A stretch of DNA of 64,000 nt, taken from Auanema rhodensis (lineage: Eukaryota > Animalia > Nematoda). Positions 38,901 through 53,600 of this stretch are shown piece by piece. The stretch lies in NCBI GenBank assembly GCA_964057225.1, contig CAXKVF010000102.1, positions 1-64,000 on the forward strand, read 5' to 3'. The notes under the pieces were generated by a model, which was not told where the DNA came from, searched no databases, and saw only the letters and a list, made by a program, of their open reading frames with translations. How positions within the stretch are numbered: position 1 is the first letter of the stretch; each line of letters opens with the position of its first letter. A program made the translations under genes and the position numbers.

Positions 38901-41900
38901 ACTCGCTTCACGTGAAAGATAAAGAGATGCGGTTTTCAAAATTAGATTCCCCATGTCCATATTAGTTTAAAAACAAATTTTTATTGATATTGGTTCATGG
39001 TAAACATGACTTTGAAATTTACGTGAACTTTAATTTATGCTAATTAAATGTACACGTGATGTGCACTTGGTATGTAACTCGCTTCACGTGAAAGATAAAG
39101 AGATGCGGTTTTCAAAATTAGATTCCCCATGTCCATATTAGTCTAAAAACAAATTTTTATTGATATTGGTTCATGGTAACCATGACTTTGAAATTTACGT
39201 GAACTTTAATTTATGCTAATTAAATGTACACGTGATGTGCACTTGGTATGTAACTCGCTTCACGTGAAAGATAAAGAGATGCGGTTTTCAAAATTAGATT
39301 CCCCATGTCCATATTAGTCTAAAAACAAATTTTTATTGATATTGGTTCATGGTAAACATGACTTTGAAATTTACGTGAACTTTAATTTATGCTAATTAAA
39401 TGTACACGTGATGTGCACTTGGTAAGTAACTCGCTTCACGTGAAAGATAAAGAGATGCGGTTTTCAAAATTAGATTCCCCATGTCCATATTAGTCTAAAA
39501 ACAAATTTTTATTGATATTGGTTCATGGTAAACATGACTTTGAAATTTACGTGAACTTTAATTTATGCTAATTAAATGTACACGTGATGTGCACTTGGTA
39601 TGTAACTCGCTTCACGTGAAAGATAAAGAGATGCGGTTTTTAAAATTAGATTCCCCATGTCCATATTAGTCTAAAAACCAATTTTTATTGATATTGGTGC
39701 ATGGTAACCATGACTTTGAAATTTACGTGAACTTTAATTTATGCTAATTAAATGTACACGTGATGTGCACTTGGTATGTAACTCGCTTCACGTGAAAGAT
39801 AAAGAGATGCGGTTTTCAAAATTAGATTCCCCATGTCCATATTAGTCTAAAAACAAATTTTTATTGATATTGGTTCATGGTAACCATGACTTTGAAATTT
39901 ACGTGAACTTTAATTTATGCTAATTAAATGTACACGTGATGTGCACTTGGTATGTAACTCGCTCTACGTGAAAGATAAAGAGATGCGGTTTTCAAAATTA
40001 GATTCCCCATGTCCATATTAGTCTAAAAACAAATTTTTATTGATATTGGTTCATGGTAACCATGACTTTGAAATTTACGTGAACTTTAATTTATGCTAAT
40101 TAAATGTACACGTGATGTGCACTTGGTATGTAACTCGCTTCACGTGAAAGATAAAGAGATGCGGTTTTCAAAATTAGATTCCCCATGTCCATATTAGTCT
40201 AAAAACAAATTTTTATTGATATTGGTTCATGGTAAACATGACTTTGAAATTTACGTGAACTTTAATTTATGCTAATTAAATGTACACGTGATGTGCACTT
40301 GGTATGTAACTCGCTTCACGTGAAAGATAAAGAGATGCGGTTTTCAAAATTAGATTCCCCATGTCCATATTAGTCTAAAAACAAATTTTTATTGATATTG
40401 GTTCATGGTAAACATGACTTTGAAATTTACGTGAACTTTAATTTATGCTAATTAAATGTACACGTGATGTGCACTTGGTAAGTAACTCGCTTCACGTGAA
40501 AGATAAAGAGATGCGGTTTTCAAAATTAGATTCCTCATGTCCATATTAGTCTAAAAACAAATTTTTATTGATATTGGTTCATGGTAAACATGACTTTGAA
40601 ATTTACGTGAACTTTAATTTATGCTAATTAAATGTACACGTGATGTGCACTTGGTATGTAACTCGCTTCACGTGAAAGATAAAGAGATGCGGTTTTCAAA
40701 ATTAGATTCCCCATGTCCATATTAGTCTAAAAACAAATTTTTATTGATATTGGTTCATGGTAACCATGACTTTGAAATTTACGTGAACTTTAATTTATGC
40801 TAATTAAATGTACACGTGATGTGCACTTGGTATGTAACTCGCTTCACGTGAAAGATAAAGAGATGCGGTTTTCAAAATTAGATTCCCCATGTCCATATTA
40901 GTCTAAAAACAAATTTTTATTGATATTGGTTCATGGTAACCATGACTTTGAAATTTACGTGAACTTTAATTTATGCTAATTAAATGTACACGTGATGTGC
41001 ACTTGGTATGTAACTCGCTTCACGTGAAAGATAAAGAGATGCGGTTTTCAAAATTAGATTCCCCATGTCCATATTAGTCTAAAAACAAATTTTTATTGAT
41101 ATTGGTTCATGGTAAACATGACTTTGAAATTTACGTGAACTTTAATTTATGCTAATTAAATGTACACGTGATGTGCACTTGGTAAGTAACTCGTTTCACG
41201 TGAAAGATAAAGAGATGCGGTTTTCAAAATTAGATTCCCCATGTCCATATTAGTCTAAAAACAAATTTTTATTGATATTGGTTCATGGTAAACATGACTT
41301 TGAAATTTACGTGAACTTTAATTTATGCTAATTAAATGTACACGTGATGTGCACTTGGTAAGTAACTCGCTTCACGTGAAAGATAAAGAGATGCGGTTTT
41401 CAAAATTAGATTCCCCATGTCCATATTAGTCTAAAAACAAATTTTTATTGATATTGGTTCATGGTAAACATGACTTTGAAATTTACGTGAACTTTAATTT
41501 ATGCTAATTAAATGTACACGTGATGTGCACTTGGTATGTAACTCGCTTCACGTGAAAGATAAAGAGATGCGGTTTTCAAAATTAGATTCCCCATGTCCAT
41601 ATTAGTCTAAAAACAAATTTTTATTGATATTGGTTCATGGTAAACATGACTTTGAAATTTACGTGAACTTTAATTTATGCTAATTAAATGTACACGTGAT
41701 GTGCACTTGGTAAGTAACTCGCTTCACGTGAAAGATAAAGAGATGCGGTTTTCAAAATTAGATTCCCCATGTCCATATTAGTCTAAAAACAAATTTTTAT
41801 TGATATTGGTTCATGGTAAACATGACTTTGAAATTTACGTGAACTTTAATTTATGCTAATTAAATGTACACGTGATGTGCACTTGGTATGTAACTCGCTT

Positions 41901-44706
41901 CACGTGAAAGATAAAGAGATGCGGTTTTTAAAATTAGATTCCCCATGTCCATATTAGTCTAAAAACCAATTTTTATTGATATTGGTGCATGGTAACCATG
42001 ACTTTGAAATTTACGTGAACTTTAATTTATGCTAATTAAATGTACACGTGATGTGCACTTGGTATGTAACTCGCTTCACGTGAAAGATAAAGAGATGCGG
42101 TTTTCAAAATTAGATTCCCCATGTCCATATTAGTCTAAAAACAAATTTTTATTGATATTGGTTCATGGTAACCATGACTTTGAAATTTACGTGAACTTTA
42201 ATTTATGCTAATTAAATGTACACGTGATGTGCACTTGGTATGTAACTCGCTTCACGTGAAAGATAAAGAGATGCGGTTTTCAAAATTAGATTCCCCATGT
42301 CCATATTAGTCTAAAAACAAATTTTTATTGATATTGGTTCATGGTAAACATGACTTTGAAATTTACGTGAACTTTAATTTATGCTAATTAAATGTACACG
42401 TGATGTGCACTTGGTATGTAACTCGCTTCACGTGAAAGATAAAGAGATGCGGATTTCAAAATTAGATTCCCCATGTCCATATTAGTCTAAAAACCAATTT
42501 TTATTGTTATTGGTGCATGGTAACCATGACTTTGAAATTTACGTGAACTTTAATTTATGCTAATTAAATGTACACGTGATGTGCACTTGGTATGTAACTC
42601 GCTTCACGTGAAAGATAAAGAGATGCGGTTTTCAAAATTAGATTCCCCATGTCCATATTAGTCTAAAAACAAATTTTTATTGATTTTGGTTCATGGTAAA
42701 CATGACTTTGAAATTTACGTGAACTTTAATTTATGCTAATTAAATGTACACGTGATGTGCACTTGGTATGTAACTCGCTTCACGTGAAAGATAAAGAGAT
42801 GCGGTTTTCAAAATTAGGTTCCCCATGTCCATATTAGTCTAAAAACCAATTTTTATTGTTATTGGTGCATGGTAACCATGACTTTGAAATTTACGTGAAC
42901 TTTAATTTATGCTAATTAAATGTACACGTGATGTGCACTTGGTATGTAACTCGCTTCACGTGAAAGATAAAGAGATGCGGTTTTCAAAATTAGATTCCCC
43001 ATGTCCATATTAGTCTAAAAACAAATTTTTATTGATATTGGTTCATGGTAACCATGACTTTGAAATTTACGTGAACTTTAATTTATGCTAATTAAATGTA
43101 CACGTGATGTGCACTTGGTATGTAACTCGCTTCACGTGAAAGATAAAGAGATGCGGTTTTCAAAATTAGATTCCCCATGTCCATATTAGTCTAAAAACAA
43201 ATTTTTATTGATATTGGTTCATGGTAACCATGACTTTGAAATTTACGTGAACTTTAATTTATGCTAATTAAATGTACACGTGATGTGCACTTGGTATGTA
43301 ACTCGCTTCACGTGAAAGATAAAGAGATGCGGTTTTCAAAATTAGATTCCCCATGTCCATATTAGTCTAAAAACAAATTTTTATTGATATTGGTTCATGG
43401 TAAACATGACTTTGAAATTTACGTGAACTTTAATTTATGCTAATTAAATGTACACGTGATGTGCACTTGGTATGTAACTCGCTTCACGTGAAAGATAAAG
43501 AGATGCGGTTTTCAAAATTAGATTCCCCATGTCCATATTAGTCTAAAAACAAATTTTTTTTGATATTGGTTCATGGTAAACATGACTTTGAAATTTACGT
43601 GAACTTTAATTTATGCTAATTAAATGTACACGTGATGTGCACTTGGTAAGTAACTCGCTTCACGTGAAAGATAAAGAGATGCGGTTTTCAAAATTAGATT
43701 CCCCATGACCATATTAGTCTAAAAACAAATTTTTATTGATATTGGTTCATGGTAAACATGACTTTGAAATTTACGTGAACTTTAATTTATGCTAATTAAA
43801 TGTACACGTGATGTGCACTTGGTATGTAACTCGCTTCACGTGAAAGATAAAGAGATGCGGTTTTCAAAATTAGATTCCCCATGTCCATATTAGTCTAAAA
43901 ACAAATTTTTATTGATATTGGTTCATGGTAAACATGACTTTGAAATTTACGTGAACTTTAATTTATGCTAATTAAATGTACACGTGATGTGCACTTGGTA
44001 TGTAACTCGCTTCACGTGAAAGATAAAGAGATGCGGTTTTCAAAATTAGATTCCCCATGTCCATATTAGTCTAAAAACAAATTTTTATTGATATTGGTGC
44101 ATGGTAACCATGACTTTGAAATTTACGTGAACTTTAATTTATGCTAATTAAATGTACACGTGATGTGCACTTGGTATGTAACTCGCTTCACGTGAAAGAT
44201 AAAGAGATGCGGTTTTCAAAATTAGATTCCCCATGTCCATATTAGTCTAAAAACAAATTTTTTTTGATATTGGTTCATGGTAAACATGACTTTGAAATTT
44301 ACGTGAACTTTAATTTATGCTAATTAAATGTACACGTGATGTGCACTTGGTATGTAACTCGCTTCACGTGAAAGATAAAGAGATGCGGTTTTCAAAATTA
44401 GATTCCCCATGTCCATATTAGTCTAAAAACCAATTTTTATTGATATTGGTGCATGGTAACCATGACTTTGAAATTTACGTGAACTTTAATTTATGCTAAT
44501 TAAATGTACACGTGATGTGCACTTGGTATGTAACTCGCTTCACGTGAAAGATAAAGAGATGCGGTTTTCAAAATTAGATTCCCCATGTCCATATTAGTCT
44601 AAAAACAAATTTTTATTGATATTGGTTCATGGTAAACATGACTTTGAAATTTACGTGAACTTTAATTTATGCTAATTAAATGTACACGTGATGTGCACTT
44701 GGTATG

Positions 44707-46114
44707 TAACTCGCTTCACGTGAAAGATAAAGAGATGCGGTTTTCAAAATTAGATTTCCCATGTCCATATTAGTCTAAAAACAAATTTTTATTGATATTG
44801 GTGCATGGTAACCATGACTTTGAAATTTACGTGAACTTTAATTTATGCTAATTAAATGTACACGTGATGTGCACTTGGTATGTAACTCGCTTCACGTGAA
44901 AGATAAAGAGATGCGGTTTTCAAAGTTAGATTTCCCATGTCCATATTAGTCTAAAAACAAATTTTTATTGATATTGGTGCATGGTAACCATGACTTTGAA
45001 ATTTACGTGAACTTTAATTTATGCTAATTAAATGTACACGTGATGTGCACTTGGTATGTAACTCGCTTCACGTAAAAGATAAAGAGATGCGGTTTTCAAA
45101 ATTAGATTCCCCATGTCCATATTAGTCTAAAAACAAATTTTTATTGATATTGGTTCATGGTAAACATGACTTTGAAATTTACGTGAACTTTAATTTATGC
45201 TAATTAAATGTACACGTGATGTGCACTTGGTATGTAACTCGCTTCACGTGAAAGATAAAGAGATGCGGTTTTCAAAATTAGATTCCCCATGTCCATATTA
45301 ATCTAAAAACAAATTTTTATTGATATTGGTTCATGGTAAACATGACTTTGAAATTTACGTGAACTTTAATTTATGCTAATTAAATGTACACGTGATGTGC
45401 ACTTGGTATGTAACTCGCTTCACGTGAAAGATAAAGAGATGCGGTTTTCAAAATTAGATTTCCCATGTCCATATTAGTCTAAAAACAAATTTTTATTGAT
45501 ATTGGTGCATGGTAACCATGACTTTGAAATTTACGTGAACTTTAATTTATGCTAATTAAATGTACACGTGATGTGCACTTGGTATGTAACTCGCTTCACG
45601 TGAAAGATAAAGAGATGCGGTTTTCAAAGTTAGATTTCCCATGTCCATATTAGTCTAAAAACAAATTTTTATTGATATTGGTGCATGGTAACCATGACTT
45701 TGAAATTTACGTGAACTTTAATTTATGCTAATTAAATGTACACGTGATGTGCACTTGGTATGTAACTCGCTTCACGTAAAAGATAAAGAGATGCGGTTTT
45801 CAAAATTAGATTCCCCATGTCCATATTAGTCTAAAAACAAATTTTTATTGATATTGGTTCATGGTAAACATGACTTTGAAATTTACGTGAACTTTAATTT
45901 ATGCTAATTAAATGTACACGTGATGTGCACTTGGTATGTAACTCGCTTCACGTGAAAGATAAAGAGATGCGGTTTTCAAAATTAGATTCCCCATGTCCAT
46001 ATTAATCTAAAAACAAATTTTTATTGATATTGGTTCATGGTAAACATGACTTTGAAATTTACGTGAACTTTAATTTATGCTAATTAAATGTACACGTGAT
46101 GTGCACTTGGTATG
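44707..46114. repeat. 4-monomer (704 bp) tandem duplication
   Basis: The series C51T / A43G+C51T / G16A / G67A is repeated: G16A 45074/45778, G67A 45301/46005. Confidence 0.9.
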
Positions 46115-47698
46115 TAACTCGCTTCACGTGAAAGATAAAGAGATGCGGTTTTCAAAATTAGATTCCCCATGTCCATATTAGTCTAAAAACCAATTTTTAT
46201 TGATATTGGTGCATGGTAACCATGACTTTGAAATTTACGTGAACTTTAATTTATGCTAATTAAATGTACACGTGATGTGCACTTGGTATGTAACTCGCTT
46301 CACGTGAAAGATAAAGAGATGCGGTTTTCAAAATTAGATTCCCCATGTCCATATTAGTCTAAAAACAAATTTTTATTGATATTGGTTCATGGTAACCATG
46401 ACTTTGAAATTTACGTGAACTTTAATTTATGCTAATTAAATGTACACGTGATGTGCACTTGGTATGTAACTCGCTTCACGTGAAAGATAAAGAGATGCGG
46501 TTTTCAAAATTAGATTCCCCATGTCCATATTAGTCTAAAAACAAATTTTTATTGATATTGGTTCATGGTAAACATGACTTTGAAATTTACGTGAACTTTA
46601 ATTTATGCTAATTAAATGTACACGTGATGTGCACTTGGTATGTAACTCGCTTCACGTGAAAGATAAAGAGATGCGGTTTTCAAAATTAGATTCCCCATGT
46701 CCATATTAGTCTAAAAACAAATTTTTATTGATATTGGTTCATGGTAACCATGACTTTGAAATTTACGTGAACTTTAATTTATGCTAATTAAATGTACACG
46801 TGATGTGCACTTGGTATGTAACTCGCTTCACGTGAAAGATAAAGAGATGCGGTTTTCAAAATTAGATTCCCCATGTCCATATTAGTCTAAAAACAAATTT
46901 TTATTGATATTGGTTCATGGTAAACATGACTTTGAAATTTACGTGAACTTTAATTTATGCTAATTAAATGTACACGTGATGTGCACTTGGTAAGTAACTC
47001 GCTTCACGTGAAAGATAAAGAGATGCGGTTTTCAAAATTAGATTCCCCATGTCCATATTAGTCTAAAAACAAATTTTTATTGATATTGGTTCATGGTAAA
47101 CATGACTTTGAAATTTACGTGAACTTTAATTTATGCTAATTAAATGTACACGTGATGTGCACTTGGTATGTAACTCGCTTCACGTGAAAGATAAAGAGAT
47201 GCGGTTTTCAAAATTAGATTTCCCATGTCCATATTAGTCTAAAAACCAATTTTTATTGATATTGGTGCATGGTAAACATGACTTTGAAATTTACGTGAAC
47301 TTTAATTTATGCTAATTAAATGTACACGTGATGTGCACTTGGTATGTAACTCGCTTCACGTGAAAGATAAAGAGATGCGGTTTTCAAAATTAGATTCCCC
47401 ATGTCCATATTAGTCTAAAAACCAATTTTTATTGATATTGGTGCATGGTAACCATGACTTTGAAATTTACGTGAACTTTAATTTATGCTAATTAAATGTA
47501 CACGTGATGTGCACTTGGTATGTAACTCGCTTCACGTGAAAGATAAAGAGATGCGGTTCTCAAAATTAGATTCCCCATGTCCATATTAGTCTAAAAACAA
47601 ATTTTTATTGATATTGGTTCATGGTAAACATGACTTTGAAATTTACGTGAACTTTAATTTATGCTAATTAAATGTACACGTGATGTGCACTTGGTATG

Positions 47699-50600
47699 TA
47701 ACTCGCTTCACGTGAAAGATAAAGAGATGCGGTTTTCAAAATTAGATTCCCCATGTCCATATTAGTCTAAAAACCAATTTTTATTGATATTGGTGCATGG
47801 TAACCATGACTTTGAAATTTACGTGAACTTTAATTTATGCTAATTAAATGTACACGTGATGTGCACTTGGTATGTAACTCGCTTCACGTGAAAGATAAAG
47901 AGATGCGGTTTTCAAAATTAGATTCCCCATGTCCATATTAGTCTAAAAACAAATTTTTATTGATATTGGTTCATGGTAAACATGACTTTGAAATTTACGT
48001 GAACTTTAATTTATGCTAATTAAATGTACACGTGATGTGCACTTGGTATGTAACTCGCTTCACGTGAAAGATAAAAAGATGCGGTTTTCAAAATTAGATT
48101 TCCCATGTCCATATTAGTCTAAAAACAAATTTTTATTGATATTGGTGCATGGTAACCATGACTTTGAAATTTACGTGAACTTTAATTTATGCTAATTAAA
48201 TGTACACGTGATGTGCACTTGGTATGTAACTCGCTTCACGTGAAAGATAAAGAGATGCGGTTTTCAAAGTTAGATTTCCCATGTCCATATTAGTCTAAAA
48301 ACAAATTTTTATTGATATTGGTGCGTGGTAACCATGACTTTGAAATTTACGTGAACTTTAATTTATGCTAATTAAATGTACACGTGATGTGCACTTGGTA
48401 TGTAACTCGCTTCACGTGAAAGATAAAGAGATGCGGTTTTCAAAGTTAGATTCCCCATGTCCATATTAGTCTAAAAACAAATTTTTATTGATATTGGTGC
48501 ATGGTAACCATGACTTTGAAATTTACGTGAACTTTAATTTATGCTAATTAAGTGTACACGTGATGTGCACTTGGTATGTAACTCGCTTCACGTGAAAGAT
48601 AAAGAGATGCGGTTTTCAAAATTAGATTCCCCATGTCCATATTAGTCTAAAAACAAATTTTTATTGATATTGGTTCATGGTAAACATGACTTTGAAATTT
48701 ACGTGAACTTTAATTTATGCTAATTAAATGTACACGTGATGTGCACTTGGTATGTAACTCGCTTCACGTGAAAGATAAAGAGATGCGGTTTTCAAAGTTA
48801 GATTTCCCATGTCCATATTAGTCTAAATACAAATTTTTATTGATATTGGTGCATGGTAACCATGACTTTGAAATTTACGTGAACTTTAATTTATGCTAAT
48901 TAAATGTACACGTGATGTGCACTTGGTATGTAACTCGCTTCACGTGAAAGATAAAGAGATGCGGTTTTCAAAGTTAGATTTCCCATGTCCATATTAGTCT
49001 AAAAACAAATTTTTATTGATATTGGTTCATGGTAACCATGACTTTGAAATTTACGTGAACTTTAATTTATGCTAATTAAATGTACACGTGATGTGCACTT
49101 GGTATGTAACTCGCTTCACGTGAAAGATAAAGAGATGCGGTTTTCAAAATTAGATTCCCCATGTCCATATTAGTCTAAAAACCAATTTTTATTGATATTG
49201 GTTCATGGTAAACATGACTTTGAAATTTACGTGAACTTTAATTTATGCTAATTAAATGTACACGTGATGTGCACTTGGTATGTAACTCGCTTCACGTGAA
49301 AGATAAAGAGATGCGGTTTTCAAAATTAGATTCCCCATGTCCATATTAGTCTAAAAACCAATTTTTATTGATATTGGTGCATGGTAACCATGACTTTGAA
49401 ATTTACGTGAACTTTAATTTATGCTAATTAAATGTACACGTGATGTGCACTTGGTATGTAACTCGCTTCACGTGAAAGATAAAGAGATGCGGTTTTCAAA
49501 ATTAGATTCCCCATGTCCATATTAGTCTAAAAACAAATTTTTATTGATATTGGTTCATGGTAAACATGACTTTGAAATTTACGTGAACTTTAATTTATGC
49601 TAATTAAATGTACACGTGATGTGCACTTGGTATGTAACTCGCTTCACGTGAAAGATAAAAAGATGCGGTTTTCAAAATTAGATTTCCCATGTCCATATTA
49701 GTCTAAAAACAAATTTTTATTGATATTGGTGCATGGTAACCATGACTTTGAAATTTACGTGAACTTTAATTTATGCTAATTAAATGTACACGTGATGTGC
49801 ACTTGGTATGTAACTCGCTTCACGTGAAAGATAAAGAGATGCGGTTTTCAAAGTTAGATTTCCCATGTCCATATTAGTCTAAAAACAAATTTTTATTGAT
49901 ATTGGTGCATGGTAACCATGACTTTGAAATTTACGTGAACTTTAATTTATGCTAATTAAATGTACACGTGATGTGCACTTGGTATGTAACTCGCTTCACG
50001 TGAAAGATAAAGAGATGCGGTTTTCAAAGTTAGATTCCCCATGTCCATATTAGTCTAAAAACAAATTTTTATTGATATTGGTGCATGGTAACCATGACTT
50101 TGAAATTTACGTGAACTTTAATTTATGCTAATTAAGTGTACACGTGATGTGCACTTGGTATGTAACTCGCTTCACGTGAAAGATAAAGAGATGCGGTTTT
50201 CAAAATTAGATTCCTCATGTCCATATTAGTCTAAAAACAAATTTTTATTGATATTGGTTCATGGTAAACATGACTTTGAAATTTACGTGAACTTTAATTT
50301 ATGCTAATTAAATGTACACGTGATGTGCACTTGGTATGTAACTCGCTTCACGTGAAAGATAAAAAGATGCGGTTTTCAAAATTAGATTTCCCATGTCCAT
50401 ATTAGTCTAAAAACAAATTTTTATTGATATTGGTGCATGGTAACCATGACTTTGAAATTTACGTGAACTTTAATTTATGCTAATTAAATGTACACGTGAT
50501 GTGCACTTGGTATGTAACTCGCTTCACGTGAAAGATAAAGAGATGCGGTTTTCAAAGTTAGATTTCCCATGTCCATATTAGTCTAAAAACAAATTTTTAT

Positions 50601-53600
50601 TGATATTGGTGCATGGTAACCATGACTTTGAAATTTACGTGAACTTTAATTTATGCTAATTAAATGTACACGTGATGTGCACTTGGTATGTAACTCGCTT
50701 CACGTGAAAGATAAAGAGATGCGGTTTTCAAAGTTAGATTCCCCATGTCCATATTAGTCTAAAAACAAATTTTTATTGATATTGGTGCATGGTAACCATG
50801 ACTTTGAAATTTACGTGAACTTTAATTTATGCTAATTAAGTGTACACGTGATGTGCACTTGGTATGTAACTCGCTTCACGTGAAAGATAAAGAGATGCGG
50901 TTTTCAAAATTAGATTCCTCATGTCCATATTAGTCTAAAAACAAATTTTTATTGATATTGGTTCATGGTAAACATGACTTTGAAATTTACGTGAACTTTA
51001 ATTTATGCTAATTAAATGTACACGTGATGTGCACTTGGTATGTAACTCGCTTCACGTGAAAGATAAAGAGATGCGGTTTTCAAAGTTAGATTTCCCATGT
51101 CCATATTAGTCTAAATACAAATTTTTATTGATATTGGTGCATGGTAACCATGACTTTGAAATTTACGTGAACTTTAATTTATGCTAATTAAATGTACACG
51201 TGATGTGCACTTGGTATGTAACTCGCTTCACGTGAAAGATAAAGAGATGCGGTTTTCAAAGTTAGATTTCCCATGTCCATATTAGTCTAAAAACAAATTT
51301 TTATTGATATTGGTTCATGGTAACCATGACTTTGAAATTTACGTGAACTTTAATTTATGCTAATTAAATGTACACGTGATGTGCACTTGGTATGTAACTC
51401 GCTTCACGTGAAAGATAAAGAGATGCGGTTTTCAAAATTAGATTCCCCATGTCCATATTAGTCTAAAAACCAATTTTTATTGATATTGGTTCATGGTAAA
51501 CATGACTTTGAAATTTACGTGAACTTTAATTTATGCTAATTAAATGTACACGTGATGTGCACTTGGTATGTAACTCGCTTCACGTGAAAGATAAAGAGAT
51601 GCGGTTTTCAAAATTAGATTCCCCATGTCCATATTAGTCTAAAAACCAATTTTTATTGATATTGGTGCATGGTAACCATGACTTTGAAATTTACGTGAAC
51701 TTTAATTTATGCTAATTAAATGTACACGTGATGTGCACTTGGTATGTAACTCGCTTCACGTGAAAGATAAAGAGATGCGGTTTTCAAAATTAGATTCCCC
51801 ATGTCCATATTAGTCTAAAAACAAATTTTTATTGATATTGGTTCATGGTAAACATGACTTTGAAATTTACGTGAACTTTAATTTATGCTAATTAAATGTA
51901 CACGTGATGTGCACTTGGTATGTAACTCGCTTCACGTGAAAGATAAAGAGATGCGGTTTTCAAAATTAGATTTCCCATGTCCATATTAGTCTAAAAACAA
52001 ATTTCTATTGATATTGGTGCATGGTAACCATGACTTTGAAATTTACGTGAACTTTAATTTATGCTAATTAAATGTACACGTGATGTGCACTTGGTATGTA
52101 ACTCGCTTCACGTGAAAGATAAAGAGATGCGGTTTTCAAAATTAGATTCCCCATGTCCATATTAGTCTAAAAACAAATTTTTATTGATATTGGTTCATGG
52201 TAACCATGACTTTGAAATTTACGTGAACTTTAATTTATGCTAATTAAGTGTACACGTGATGTGCACTTGGTATGTAACTTGCTTCACGTGAAAGATAAAA
52301 GGATGCGGTTTTCAAAATTAGATTCCCCATGTCCATATTAGTCTAAAAACAAATTTTTATTGATATTGGTGCATGTTAACCATGACTTTGAAATTTACGT
52401 GAACTTTAATTTATGCTAATTAAATGTACACGTGATGTGCACTTGGTATGTAACTCGCTTCACGTGAAAGATAAAGAGATGCGGTTTTCAAAATTAGATT
52501 CCCCATGTCCATATTAGTCTAAAAACAAATTTTTATTGATATTGGTTCATGGTAAACATGACTTTGAAATTTACGTGAACTTTAATTTATGCTAATTAAA
52601 TGTACACGTGATGTGCACTTGGTATGTAACTCGCTTCACGTGAAAGATAAAGAGATGCGGTTTTCAAAATTAGAATCCCCATGTCCATATTAGTCTAAAT
52701 ACAAATTTTTATTGATATTGGTGCATGGTAACCATGACTTTGAAATTTACGTGAACTTTAATTTATGCTAATTAAATGTACACGTGATGTGCACTTGATA
52801 TGTAACTCGCTTCACGTGAAAGATAAAGAGATGCGGTTTTCAAAATTAGATTCCCCATGTCCATATTAGTCTAAAAACAAATTTTTATTGATATTGGTTC
52901 ATGGTAACCATGACTTTGAAATTTACGTGAACTTTAATTTATGCTAATTAAATGTACACGTGATGTGCACTTGGTATGTAACTCGCTTCACGTGAAAAAT
53001 AAAGAGATGCGGTTTTCAAAATTAGATTCCCCATGTCCATATTAGTCTAAAAACAAATTTTTATTGATATTGGTTCATGGTAACCATGACTTTGAAATTT
53101 ACGTGAACTTTAATTTATGCTAATTAAATGTACACGTGATGTGCACTTGGTATGTAACTCGCTTCACGTGAAAGATAAAGAGATGCGGTTTTCAAAATTA
53201 GATTCCCCATGTCCATATTAGTCTAAAAACAAATTTTTATTGATATTGGTTCATGGTAAACATGACTTTGAAATTTACGTGAACTTTAATTTATGCTAAT
53301 TAAATGTACACGTGATGTGCACTTGGTATGTAACTCGCTTCACGTGAAAGATAAAAAGATGCGGTTTTCAAAATTAGATTTCCCATGTCCATATTAGTCT
53401 AAAAACAAATTTTTATTGATATTGGTGCATGGTAACCATGACTTTGAAATTTACGTGAACTTTAATTTATGCTAATTAAATGTACACGTGATGTGCACTT
53501 GGTATGTAACTCGCTTCACGTGAAAGATAAAGAGATGCGGTTTTCAAAGTTAGATTTCCCATGTCCATATTAGTCTAAAAACAAATTTTTATTGATATTG

